From the NCBI GenBank assembly GCA_964354625.1, contig CAYHAK010000003.1, positions 15,453-79,452 of the forward strand: DNA of 64,000 nt, given 5' to 3'. Both the position numbers and the translations under genes were made by a program. The notes under the pieces were generated by a model. It was not told where the DNA came from and ran no database searches. It was given only the letters and a program-made list of their open reading frames with translations. This DNA comes from an uncultured Candidatus Bathyarchaeia archaeon (lineage in GTDB: Archaea; Thermoproteota; Bathyarchaeia; Bathyarchaeales; Bathycorpusculaceae). Shown one piece after another: positions 39,058 through 48,652 of the stretch (the stretch's first letter is position 1; each line of letters opens with the position of its first letter).

Positions 39058-41052
39058 TCAGCCTCCTCCCGCTGTGGCTCCGGTGCACGCCGCCCGCACT
39101 TGAGCCAGAACCTGCTTGCCACCATACTGCTGAATCTCAATCGCGCCCGTCGGGCAGGCCGCACTGCACAGACCGCAGCCCTGGCACATGGCCTCGATGA
39201 CCTCGGCCCTCAAAGCCTCGCCGTCCTTTTTCATCTCAATCGCCACAAATGGACACAATGACTCGCACACGCGACAGCCACTGCACAGGTCATTGTCCAC
39301 GACGGCTTTGAGTGGCTCTAGCTCGATTTCGCCGCTTGAGAGCAGGTCTATGGCTTTGGCTGCGGCTCCGCTGGCCTGCGCCACCGTGTCTGGAATATCC
39401 TTCGGTCCTTGACAGGCACCTGCCAGAAAGATGCCTGCCGTAGAGCTTTCGAGCGGTCTTAGCTTCGGATGTGCCTCCAGCAGGAAGCCGTCTGCGCTTC
39501 GCGAGGCGTGGAAAAGCTCGTTGATCTTTGACAAGTCGTTGCTGGGCACGAGGCCGTTGGCCAAGACGACGAGGTCGGCGTGCATTTCAAGTAGCTTGTT
39601 GGTGCCTCTTTCGAAAACGTCGAAATAGAGCGACCCATCAGGGCTACCGCGTACGTCGGAAGGGATGCCTGCCACGAAGTTTATGTCCAGATCCCTAGCA
39701 CGTCTGTAAAACTCTTCATGGCCTTTGCCGAAAGACCGCAAATCATTGTAGCAAACGTAGATGCTGACGCCTTCGCCCATTTTCTCGCGCGCCAGAATGG
39801 CCTGCTTGAGCGAGACCATGCAGCCTACGCGGCAGCAGTATTCATGGAAGCGTTTATCACGTGAACCCACACATTGAACGAAAACGATTGACTTCGGAGG
39901 CTGACCGCTCTTAGGAGAAAGGATTTTGCCTCCAGTGGGGCCTGAGGCGTCTGAGATCCGCTCAAGCTCGATACTCGATATCACGTTCGGGAAGCGTCGG
40001 TAGCCCATCTCGGGCATCTGCGAGGCATCGAACACTTCTGAGCCTACGGCTATGATGATGCCGCCGACTTTGAGTTGCAGTGTTTCGGGTTGCTGTTCAA
40101 AGTCTAGGGCTTTTGCCTCGCAGACCTGCGCGCATTTGCCGCAGACCTCCTTCTTCTTCGTCTTCAGCCTCAAACAGTACCGAGGATCAACAATGGCCAC
40201 TTTGGGCACGGCATGAGAAGAGTAGACCGAAATCGCGCGAGTCTGACTCATGCCTTCATTGAACCTGTCTGGGACTTTGACTGGGCAGACCTGGGTGCAC
40301 AGTTCGCAACCCACGCACCGCGCCTCATCCACGAACCGTGGCCTCTTTGACACCGAAACCTCATAGTTGCCTACAAACCCCCTAACGTCTACGACCTCGC
40401 TGTTCGTCACCAACGTTATGTTTGGATGCTTACCAACATCAACCATCTTCGGCGTCAATATGCAGGCACTGCAGTCAAGCGTGGGAAACGTCTTGTCAAG
40501 TTGTGCCATGCGACCGCCTATACTTGGCGCCTTCTCAACAAGACAGACTTTGAAGCCTGCGTTGGCCAGATCAAGCGAGGCTTGAATCCCTGCGATTCCG
40601 CCGCCAACAACTAGCACGCTCCTTTCAACGCTGACTTTGTGCTTCTCAAGTGACTCTAGAAGCCGCACGCGGGCCACACCCATTCTGATGAGGCCTTTGG
40701 CTTTTTCTGTGGCTTTCTCAGGCTCGTGCGCGTGAGGCCACGAAACGTGCTCCCTCAGGTTAACGATCTCGACAAGATAAGGGTTCAGCCCTGCTTCGGC
40801 GACTGCTTTGCGGAATGTTTCTTCGTGCATTCGCGGCGAGCATGTGGCGATTACGATTCGATCGAGTTTGTGTTTTTTGATGTCATTTTGGATCATTCGT
40901 TGGCCTGGGTCAGAGCACATGTATGTGTAATGCTTCGTTACTACGACATCAGGCAAGCCCTTGGCGTATTCTGTGGCCTTCTCGACGTCGACGACGCCTG
41001 CGATGTTCAGGCCGCAGTGGCAAACGTAAACGCCTATCTTGGGCATCCGCAA
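39058..41052 (-). CDS. hdrA: heterodisulfide reductase subunit A-like flavoprotein
   Basis: N-terminal VYVCHCG Cys cluster, VLVVGGGIAGIQASLDLA FAD motif, PTLDCSACILTPKM, and four ferredoxin-type CxxCxxCxxxCP motifs. 664 aa. Confidence 0.92.
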   Translation of the reverse strand: MRMPKIGVYVCHCGLNIAGVVDVEKATEYAKGLPDVVVTKHYTYMCSDPGQRMIQNDIKKHKLDRIVIATCSPRMHEETFRKAVAEAGLNPYLVEIVNLREHVSWPHAHEPEKATEKAKGLIRMGVARVRLLESLEKHKVSVERSVLVVGGGIAGIQASLDLANAGFKVCLVEKAPSIGGRMAQLDKTFPTLDCSACILTPKMVDVGKHPNITLVTNSEVVDVRGFVGNYEVSVSKRPRFVDEARCVGCELCTQVCPVKVPDRFNEGMSQTRAISVYSSHAVPKVAIVDPRYCLRLKTKKKEVCGKCAQVCEAKALDFEQQPETLQLKVGGIIIAVGSEVFDASQMPEMGYRRFPNVISSIELERISDASGPTGGKILSPKSGQPPKSIVFVQCVGSRDKRFHEYCCRVGCMVSLKQAILAREKMGEGVSIYVCYNDLRSFGKGHEEFYRRARDLDINFVAGIPSDVRGSPDGSLYFDVFERGTNKLLEMHADLVVLANGLVPSNDLSKINELFHASRSADGFLLEAHPKLRPLESSTAGIFLAGACQGPKDIPDTVAQASGAAAKAIDLLSSGEIELEPLKAVVDNDLCSGCRVCESLCPFVAIEMKKDGEALRAEVIEAMCQGCGLCSAACPTGAIEIQQYGGKQVLAQVRAACTGATAGGG

Positions 41053-41197
41053 GCCTCATTTTCAATATTCACGAACAGCCGCTAACTATTATTCATAACG
41101 GTTTAAAGGCCTACGAACATAGCATCAGACGACACAGCCGCAACCAGAAGCCCTCTCGACTCAATCACCTTAAATACGTGGCGTCCAGAGTTAGAGA

Positions 41198-43000
41198 ATG
41201 GTGAACGTCTTGAGCCTCTTCTTGTTCCTCATAATCTGGGCCATCGTATGGTTCATTCCGATTCCGCCGAAACGGTTCGGGCTGAAGTCCATTGCACGTT
41301 GGGTCTCATTAGTAATCGGCCTGTTTCTGTTCTTCGTGTTCCAGTTGTTTCACACGCCTCTCAGCATTTTCACTTACGTTTTTGTATTCTCCAGAGCGCT
41401 TTTCGCGTTCGTCGAACCGGCCTTCTCATTTGGCCTGAGACGCCTCACACGTGAAGAGAAGGAGACAAGATATGTCGGCCGCCCATTCTGGAAGGTTGGC
41501 CTGAAAGCTGGAGGAAGAATAATCGCTGTTCTGTTTCTGGTCTATGTCGTTGCCGCTGCCTCGCTCGTCGTCTTCGCTCAGGTTCAGCGGGTCACGAATG
41601 CGGTCTACTTCAACAGCTTCATAAAGGCAGGCTCAGGATTGCCGTTCAATGGGGCGGTGCCCGACAACATGGTTCGCTTAGTAACTCAGGAGCTTGCCGT
41701 GTCAATCGCGAGGCGCCACATGTCCGAGTTTGGCAGCAACACGCAGGTTCTGGATTGTCACGTGACGAAGTCGCCCGATGGTAAACTGGTCTGGCTGACC
41801 GTCATCGGCTCAACCAACATCATAGCCGAAAACTACGTTAAGGGCTTCGTCGTGGTAGACGCCACGGATCCGACCGCCATCCCCACGACGGTGCACACCC
41901 AGTTCCAGGTCGGAGAAGGCCTCTGGTGGGACCACAACATCCCGTTCCGCCAATACATGCAGGACATCAACAGAAACTACGGCATAGCCTACGCAACATG
42001 GGATACGACCACCAACAGCCTCACCTACGTCCTCACACGTTACAACACCGACTTTGACTTCGTGAAAAGATACGAAACCCCGATCGTGTACGACGAACAG
42101 GGCAACACTATCCACGAGCCGAAGACGCTGGCAGAGATTCCGCTGTGGATAACGCAGGTGTATGACGAGGACTGGCTGGAAAGCATGATTAACGAAATGG
42201 GACTCTTCAGAAGAGGCGGTGGGTTTGATTACTGGGCCGGCGGTTTCCTCTGGATCGTTGCACCGAGCCGCGACCGCTTCCAAATGACCGAAGATACGCG
42301 TTATGTTGTCGATCCTGAAACGGAAGACATCGTGGCTCTTGTCTGCGTCAACCCGATTGGCAACCAGAGAACGCTCGCTGGAGTGTTCAAGGCCACGCGG
42401 GAAAACGTGATATTCTACGACTACAAGTCAGCTAACTACCTCTCAGGCATGACGGCTGAAGACATGGTTGAAGGAAGGCTCCCAAAACCAGCCACAGGCA
42501 ACTACTACGCCACAATGCCCCTGCTCTACCCGGTTGAAACTTCGCCAAGCAACTATGAGCTTTCATGGTACGTGCCCGTATACTGGTATGAGATGAGCGG
42601 CGAGGCAGACGAAACCATATACTTGGCCGGGTTCGCAATCGTGGACGCCTCCGACGCCAACAAGATAGTGCTGACGATGAACAACGAAAGCCTGACAAGC
42701 GAACAACTCGTACGAAAAACAAGACTGGACTTCATGAAGCTGTTTGGCGCAACAACATACCTGACGCTGAACGCCACTGTTGTGAACAGATACAACTACG
42801 TAGAAGACGGCACAAGCCACCTCGTGCTGAACCTGGCCAACGACACTTACCCATGGGTTGAAACAACACCTAAAAACATACCGACTGACCAGTGGAACGA
42901 GCTACTGGCAACTGAGCCTGCACAGAACGTGACCATGCACATCGAGAAACGCGGAAACCGGTGGATAATAGCCTACTTTGACAACCTGAACGTACCCTAG
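41198..43000 (+). CDS. uncharacterised membrane protein: four N-terminal TM helices plus a ~460-aa extracytoplasmic domain
   Basis: 600-aa ORF. TM segments lie within residues ~5-125, and the remainder is Tyr/Trp/Asn-rich and globular. No family recognised. Confidence 0.7.
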   Translation: MVNVLSLFLFLIIWAIVWFIPIPPKRFGLKSIARWVSLVIGLFLFFVFQLFHTPLSIFTYVFVFSRALFAFVEPAFSFGLRRLTREEKETRYVGRPFWKVGLKAGGRIIAVLFLVYVVAAASLVVFAQVQRVTNAVYFNSFIKAGSGLPFNGAVPDNMVRLVTQELAVSIARRHMSEFGSNTQVLDCHVTKSPDGKLVWLTVIGSTNIIAENYVKGFVVVDATDPTAIPTTVHTQFQVGEGLWWDHNIPFRQYMQDINRNYGIAYATWDTTTNSLTYVLTRYNTDFDFVKRYETPIVYDEQGNTIHEPKTLAEIPLWITQVYDEDWLESMINEMGLFRRGGGFDYWAGGFLWIVAPSRDRFQMTEDTRYVVDPETEDIVALVCVNPIGNQRTLAGVFKATRENVIFYDYKSANYLSGMTAEDMVEGRLPKPATGNYYATMPLLYPVETSPSNYELSWYVPVYWYEMSGEADETIYLAGFAIVDASDANKIVLTMNNESLTSEQLVRKTRLDFMKLFGATTYLTLNATVVNRYNYVEDGTSHLVLNLANDTYPWVETTPKNIPTDQWNELLATEPAQNVTMHIEKRGNRWIIAYFDNLNVP

Positions 43001-43259
43001 CTGAGATGCAATCCGAGAACTGATCTCATCACACAGAGGACTTGACTTACTCGTCAGCATCGCCGTTGCTTGGAAACGCTCCACAGAGCAGGAGACTCGA
43101 AGAACAGTGAGGAGGCTAAGGAACAGAATCTGAGGGTTCCCAATCACGTTGAGGTTATGGACATCTGATTCGCCGATTGATTGAGCTTGCATCGACACGA
43201 GAATGTCTCAGACGTAAGTCATTAATACGAAAAATGCGTAGTAGCTGTGAGGTGCCGTT

Positions 43260-44363
43260 TTGATTTCGATTAATGCTCCGCAGATTGGCGAAGAAGAGAT
43301 TGAGGCTGTCGTCAAGGTCATGAAAAGCAGAGGCTTGACTCATGGAATCGGAGCTGGCCCGAAGGTCACGGAGTTCGAGAACGCTTTCGCAGGATTCGTC
43401 AAAGCAAAGCACGCAGTTGCAATGAACAGCGGCACGGCCGCGTTGCACTCCTCGCTTGCTATTGCAGGCGTAAGGGCAGGCGACGAGGTTATTCTGCCGA
43501 GCTTCACATTTGTGGCCACATCTGAAACCGTGGCCATGACGGGTGCAAAACCCGTATTCGCAGACATTGATCCCAACACCTACAATATCTCACCGAAAGC
43601 CATCGAGAAGGCAATAACCAAGAAAACCAAGGCAATAATGGCCGTGGACCTGTACGGCTTGCCAGCCGAAATCCCAGAAATAAGAAAGATCGCGGAGAGA
43701 CATGGTTTAGTCGTCGTTGAGGATGCTGCACAGGCTCACGGAGGCATCTGCCAAAACAAGCCTGCAGGAACATTCGCGGACATCGCGTGCTGGAGCTTCT
43801 ATGCAAGCAAGAACATGACCACCGGCGAAGGCGGAATGGCCACCACCAACAGCGACGAATTCGCTGAAAGACTGCGCTGGCTCCGAAGCCACGGGGAGAA
43901 AGTCAAGTATGAGTCGCTGATGTTGGGCCACAACTATCACATGCCCGAGATCGAGGCGGCAATAGGCTGCGTGCAAGTGAAGAGACTGCCCAAGTTTGTG
44001 GCCAGGCGCACACGAAACGCCAAGAGGCTGTCTCAGCTGCTCAGGAAGTCGAAGAAGCTTCAGCTGCCCATCGAACCTGCAGGGTACAAGAGCAGCTGGT
44101 ACCTGTACACGGTGAGGATCAAGAACGCGACGAAAGAGAGGCGCGACAAGGTCGTCGCTACACTGAAGCAGGCAGGCATAGGCGCCGAAGTCTACTACGT
44201 AAACCCGATTCACATGATGCAATTCTACCGCAAATACGGCAACTACAGACTGCCTGAGACCGAGAAAGCAGCAAAACAAGTCTTCTCGCTACCCGTACAT
44301 CCAGGCGTCACTCCCAAACAAACAGACTTCATAGCCAAAACGGTTCTGCATCTATTGCAGTAG
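43260..44363 (+). CDS. DegT/DnrJ/EryC1/StrS-family PLP-dependent sugar aminotransferase
   Basis: VILPSFTFVAT, VVEDAAQAHG and FYASKNMTTGEGG (PLP lysine). TTG start. Confidence 0.9.
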   Translation: MISINAPQIGEEEIEAVVKVMKSRGLTHGIGAGPKVTEFENAFAGFVKAKHAVAMNSGTAALHSSLAIAGVRAGDEVILPSFTFVATSETVAMTGAKPVFADIDPNTYNISPKAIEKAITKKTKAIMAVDLYGLPAEIPEIRKIAERHGLVVVEDAAQAHGGICQNKPAGTFADIACWSFYASKNMTTGEGGMATTNSDEFAERLRWLRSHGEKVKYESLMLGHNYHMPEIEAAIGCVQVKRLPKFVARRTRNAKRLSQLLRKSKKLQLPIEPAGYKSSWYLYTVRIKNATKERRDKVVATLKQAGIGAEVYYVNPIHMMQFYRKYGNYRLPETEKAAKQVFSLPVHPGVTPKQTDFIAKTVLHLLQ

Positions 44364-44438
44364 ACTTACCACGCTAGGTTTAAATAGAATCATCTGTCTG
44401 TATTGAACCCCCGACTGGGTTTTACAGAGGAACCAGGT

Positions 44439-45770
44439 ATGGAGAAGGTTAGAGTTGTTATAATGGGCGCGGCTGGCAGGGACTTCCACAACTTCAACGT
44501 GTATTTCAGAAACAATGACGCGTACGAAGTTGTGGCGTTCACAGCCACGCAGATCCCCGGAATAGAAGGCCGAACCTACCCAACCGAGCTGGCAGGCCCC
44601 CTCTATCCGAACGGAATACCGATATACCCCGAAGAGGATTTGCCCAAGCTGATAAAGGAGCACAACGTTGACCAGTGTGTTTTCGCTTACAGCGACATAG
44701 CGCACGAGGTCGTTATGCACAAAGCCTCGCTGGTGCTGGCCAACGGCGCGGACTTCCGCCTCATGGGCCCCAAGACGACCATGCTGAAGTCGAAAGTGCC
44801 TATCGTTTCGGTGTGCGCTGTCAGGACAGGTTCGGGAAAAAGCCAGACCTCGCGCATGGTGGCCAAGATACTCAAGAGCAAAAGCATGAGAGTTGCAACC
44901 ATCAGGCATCCAATGCCCTATGGTGACTTGCGGGAACAGGTGTGGCAGCGCTTCGCCACTTACGAGGATCTGACGAAGCACAGGTGTACCATTGAGGAAA
45001 GAGAGGAGTATGAACCTCACATTGACAACGGCATCATCGTCTACGCAGGCGTCGATTATGAGAAGATACTGCGTGAGGCTGAGAAGGAGTCGGACGTCAT
45101 AGTGTGGGACGGAGGCAACAATGACATGTCCTTCTACAAGCCTGACCTCAACATCGTCGTAGCCGACCCGCACAGGCCCGGCGACGAACTAACCTACTAT
45201 CCAGGCGAAACCAACGCGCGAATGGCAGACGTGGTCATAGTGAACAAGGTGGACACGGCTGACCCTGAGAAAGTAAAGCTCGTTAAGGACAACATCAAGA
45301 TGGTCAATCCGAGGGCAAGAATACTGGAGGCCGCCTCACCTGTAACCGCAGACAGACCTGAACTCATCAAAGGAAAACGCGTCCTCGTGATCGAAGACGG
45401 CCCAACTCTGACGCACGGCAACATGCCTTACGGCGCGGGCACGATAATGGCCAGAAATGCGGGCGCAGGCGAAATCGTTGATCCGAAACCTTACGCAGTC
45501 GGGTCGATCAAGGAAGCCTATAGGAAGTACTCGCACCTCGGCGCGATTCTTCCGGCCTTGGGCTACGGCGACAAGCAGGTGGCTGAACTGAAGGAGACGA
45601 TCGACCGTATTCCATGCGACGTGATTGTTATTGGCACGCCTATCGACCTGAGGCGAGTGATGACCATCAGCAAGCCTTCGGTGCGCGTGAAGTACGAACT
45701 GGAGGTGTTGGCGCCAGTGTCGCTTGAGCAGATTTTGGACGAGTTTCTCCAAAGAGGTAAGAAAGCATGA
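44439..45770 (+). CDS. COG2403-family P-loop protein (cyclic 2,3-diphosphoglycerate synthetase-like / predicted GTPase)
   Basis: VVIMGAAGRDFHNFN N-terminus, and the P-loop VCAVRTGSGKSQTS. The ~444-aa size and family assignment are from memory. I chose ATG at 44439. Confidence 0.8.
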   Translation: MEKVRVVIMGAAGRDFHNFNVYFRNNDAYEVVAFTATQIPGIEGRTYPTELAGPLYPNGIPIYPEEDLPKLIKEHNVDQCVFAYSDIAHEVVMHKASLVLANGADFRLMGPKTTMLKSKVPIVSVCAVRTGSGKSQTSRMVAKILKSKSMRVATIRHPMPYGDLREQVWQRFATYEDLTKHRCTIEEREEYEPHIDNGIIVYAGVDYEKILREAEKESDVIVWDGGNNDMSFYKPDLNIVVADPHRPGDELTYYPGETNARMADVVIVNKVDTADPEKVKLVKDNIKMVNPRARILEAASPVTADRPELIKGKRVLVIEDGPTLTHGNMPYGAGTIMARNAGAGEIVDPKPYAVGSIKEAYRKYSHLGAILPALGYGDKQVAELKETIDRIPCDVIVIGTPIDLRRVMTISKPSVRVKYELEVLAPVSLEQILDEFLQRGKKA

Positions 45771-46159
45771 CCAGTGAAGAACCAGCCATTTCACGGGTCA
45801 GGGTCAAGTTCATAGTGGAAAACGCGGGCGAGGCTGAAGGCGAACTCGTGCGCTTTCTGGCACCCAGAACCGTTGACATGATCGTGCGCAAGCTACCCAT
45901 AGAAGGCCGAGCCGCGCTCTGGAAAGAAGAGGTTTACTTCGAGACACCTATCAAGATGGGCGAGGAGAAAGCCAAGGCCACGGTTGAAAAGGGCACCATA
46001 GCCTTCTGGCCCATGGGAAGCGCCGTCTGCATATTCTATGGCCAAACCCAGCCCTACAGCCCCGTCAACAACTTGGGCAAGATCACGCAGAACCTTGAGC
46101 TGTTCAGACAGGTCAAGAGCGGCACGAAAATCCGGATTGAGCTTCTAATAGACCAGTGA
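45767..46159 (+). CDS. cyclophilin-like fold protein (PF04126/COG2164-like)
   Basis: LAPRTVDMIVRKLPIEGRAALWKEEVYFETP...GTIAFWPMGSAVCIFYG...VNNLGKI. The start overlaps the upstream stop by 4 nt (ATGA). Confidence 0.75.
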   Translation: MTSEEPAISRVRVKFIVENAGEAEGELVRFLAPRTVDMIVRKLPIEGRAALWKEEVYFETPIKMGEEKAKATVEKGTIAFWPMGSAVCIFYGQTQPYSPVNNLGKITQNLELFRQVKSGTKIRIELLIDQ

Positions 46160-46624
46160 GCTTTCTCGCCACAGATCCAGAAGCCTCTCGCACTCCGTTG
46201 CCACTTCCTTCTCGTCGGTCTTTTCTTTCAAGATCTTGAGGAATTCGATTCGTTTCTCGGCTGAACGCTTTTCAGCCGTGCCGCCGTAGTACAACTTGCC
46301 TTCAATGTATTCCTTCATGACTGAGGCTTTCTGCACGAAGAAGCTGGCCGCGTCAACAGGGTTCTCCACAGTGTACCTCGTGGCCCAGATGGCCGCGTCA
46401 GCCTCACGAAGCTGCGTCAATCCGTCAATCTCGATAATGCCCCGAATGTAGGTCCTAAAAAAGTCGTAGCACCGTGCTGTTTTGATGAGTTCAAACGCTT
46501 GCCGGGTCTTGCGTTTGAAGCCGGATTTTCCGTTGATGACTATGTTGTGTTTGTGGCCTTGGGCGATGAGTTCTCTGGCTTTGCTGACTTCAACTTCAGT
46601 GTAGATTCTTTCTGGAAAAGCCAT
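46145..46624 (-). CDS. hypothetical protein (159-164 aa)
   Basis: Clean ORF with globular composition. It overlaps the 3' end of the cyclophilin-like gene by 15 nt in convergent orientation. No family recognised. Confidence 0.55.
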   Translation of the reverse strand: MAFPERIYTEVEVSKARELIAQGHKHNIVINGKSGFKRKTRQAFELIKTARCYDFFRTYIRGIIEIDGLTQLREADAAIWATRYTVENPVDAASFFVQKASVMKEYIEGKLYYGGTAEKRSAEKRIEFLKILKEKTDEKEVATECERLLDLWRESSLVY

Positions 46625-46689
46625 TTCTAACCCTAACAAGAAGGACGACTATATGAGATAAAACGTTTGGGAAAGCAGACTGCCTAGGC

Positions 46690-47022
46690 TTAGTCTGCTT
46701 TGTAGATTTTGATGTTGTGACTGCCCGATACGAGTTGGATTTTGCCGGTCGCTTCAAGCTGTCTTAGGAATTCTTTGGCTGCGCTCATGCGTATTCCGAA
46801 GCGTGAGGCCACTGAGAAGGGTGTTAGAACGTGCATCTTCTTCACTTCGGCAATGAACTTCTCGTTCTTGATGTCTGGGGGCAGTATACTAAGTGGTTTC
46901 TTTTCCTTCGGCGGTCCTGTCTTCTCCTTCTTCTTGTCCTTACCTTTTGCCTTGTCCTCTTCGTCTTTCTTGTCCTGCATGCGCTCCATTTGCTTGAGGT
47001 TCAGCTTCTTCTTGCCGCCCAT
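46690..47022 (-). CDS. rps25e: 30S ribosomal protein S25e
   Basis: Lys-rich N-terminus and a wHTH-like C-terminus: VLTPFSVASRFGIRMSAAKEFLRQLEATGKI. Confidence 0.9.
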   Translation of the reverse strand: MGGKKKLNLKQMERMQDKKDEEDKAKGKDKKKEKTGPPKEKKPLSILPPDIKNEKFIAEVKKMHVLTPFSVASRFGIRMSAAKEFLRQLEATGKIQLVSGSHNIKIYKAD

Positions 47023-47151
47023 GCCTTTTCATCTCCACCAAGTTTAGGCTATTTCGTGGTTCTTTAGGGTTTCTACGACTCAGCACACTGAGTAATTTCA
47101 AGCTTGTGCTTGTTTTGAACAAAAGAAAAGAGAGACTTGAAGGAGGGAGTA

Positions 47152-47373
47152 TTAGCGGTTCATGATTTTTTTGGCGGCGATTTCGATGTCTTCGGACTTG
47201 ATGGTTTTTCTGCCTGCATGCATGGCAAAGTCCAATGCTTCTTTTGCAATTCTGACGCCTATGTCTTCTAGGGCTTTGGCGAGTTCTTTTGCCGCTGCTT
47301 CGCTTACGCGGTCAGCTCCAGCCTTCCTGCACAGTCTATGCATTGGGGCTACAGCTAATTCCAATTCAACCAT
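47152..47373 (-). CDS. archaeal histone (HMf family)
   Basis: 73 aa. [61 protein letters not shown] shows the histone-fold pattern. Confidence 0.92.
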   Translation of the reverse strand: MVELELAVAPMHRLCRKAGADRVSEAAAKELAKALEDIGVRIAKEALDFAMHAGRKTIKSEDIEIAAKKIMNR

Positions 47374-47526
47374 AAAGGTGCCTCTTTAGCTTCTTTTTGT
47401 ATTTTAAGCAATATTTAACGTTTATTGTTGGCACATCGCCTGAAAACAGTCCCCAGCATCCAAGGCCGCAAGCGTGGAAAAGAGAGCATTATAAGAACCA
47501 ATAGGCTTCTATTCACACGAAAACCT

Positions 47527-48315
47527 GTGAGCAGCATCAGATACGTCGACGCACACATACACCTCTCAGACGAGGGATACATAGACTGCGTGGACGAAGT
47601 CATAGCCGAAGGGAGAAACGCGAGTGTCATAGCTATGGTTTCCAATTCGGTGGATCTCAAGACGTGCATCGAGAACATAAGGTTGGCCGAAAAGCACAAA
47701 GGCCTCGTCTACGCGGCGCTTGGCATCCATCCCTGGAACGTGCAAACCCTGACAGATGCCGAACTACAGCGAACCGTCGACTACATACTCAGCCAAAAAG
47801 GCAACAGAGCATCCGTCGCAATCGGAGAGATAGGTTTGGATTCGAAGTACGAGAAAATCATGGACCGGCAGCTGAAGGTTTTCGATGAGATGCTACACCT
47901 AGCTGAGAGGCTGGATCTGCCTGCGGTAATCCATTCGAGAGGAATGACCAAGAAAATCATTGACTTGCTCCCCTCATACAACGTCAAGAAAGTTCTGCTG
48001 CACTGGTTCAGCAATCCGATAAGCGCACTCCCAGAGGCCATGGACAGAGGCTACTATGTCACCGAAGGCCCCGTCACCGTGTATTCTAGCGGAATACGAG
48101 AGGTCATAAAGACAGCACCACTGGCAAACTTGATGACCGAAACTGATGGACCTGTGAAGTATTCCAAGCCACCTTTCAACGGAAAAGTGACAACGCCCGC
48201 CTTCATCCCAATAGTTGCGAAGGCCATCGCAGAAGTCAAGAACCTGAATGTTGATGATGTTGCCACATCGGTTCGTGGCAATTTCGAGGCATTCTTTGGA
48301 GTAAGGTTAAATTAG
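47527..48315 (+). CDS. tatD: TatD-family metal-dependent hydrolase
   Basis: YVDAHIHL, IGEIGLD, VIHSR, LHWFS and TETDGP motifs. I chose GTG at 47527; the ORF is open from 47425. Confidence 0.85.
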   Translation: MSSIRYVDAHIHLSDEGYIDCVDEVIAEGRNASVIAMVSNSVDLKTCIENIRLAEKHKGLVYAALGIHPWNVQTLTDAELQRTVDYILSQKGNRASVAIGEIGLDSKYEKIMDRQLKVFDEMLHLAERLDLPAVIHSRGMTKKIIDLLPSYNVKKVLLHWFSNPISALPEAMDRGYYVTEGPVTVYSSGIREVIKTAPLANLMTETDGPVKYSKPPFNGKVTTPAFIPIVAKAIAEVKNLNVDDVATSVRGNFEAFFGVRLN

Positions 48316-48379
48316 TCTTGTGTCGTAGTGAGTGATCATCAACATAACATAGCATCATTGATATTTGGAGGAACAGAGC

Positions 48380-48631
48380 TTGGGAAACGTGCGGACGGAC
48401 CAGGTCAAGCGTACGGCGAAGGAGCTTGTCAGGCGTTTTCCTGACAAGTTTTCAGACAATTTTGAAAGTAACAAGCATTTGGTTAACTTGCTTTTGCAGG
48501 GGACAACGATGAAGATCAGGAACCAGATCGCCGGGTACATTACTCATTCGCTTATCGAGTATGAGGAAGTGCCTGTGGAAGAGGCCTCGGCGGAGGACGC
48601 TGAGCCGGAAGAAGCCGAACAGAAAGGCTAG
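48380..48631 (+). CDS. rps17e: 30S ribosomal protein S17e
   Basis: (M)GNVRTDQVKRTAKELVRRFPDKF...RNQIAGYITH. The TTG start at 48380 is preceded by GGAGG (48367-48371). Confidence 0.9.
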   Translation: MGNVRTDQVKRTAKELVRRFPDKFSDNFESNKHLVNLLLQGTTMKIRNQIAGYITHSLIEYEEVPVEEASAEDAEPEEAEQKG

Positions 48632-48652
48632 GCTTTGTTTTTGAGACGTTGA

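Noticed and set aside
41925-41936. WWDH in the 600-aa membrane protein, reminiscent of the AglB/STT3 WWDYG motif.
   Set aside because: The protein has only about 4 TM helices instead of 13, and the motif context and overall architecture do not match oligosaccharyltransferases.
44352-45173. 273-aa reverse-strand ORF opposite the COG2403 P-loop gene.
   Set aside because: The forward frame carries a clear P-loop and conserved family features. The reverse frame is Val/His/Arg-rich and looks like a shadow ORF.
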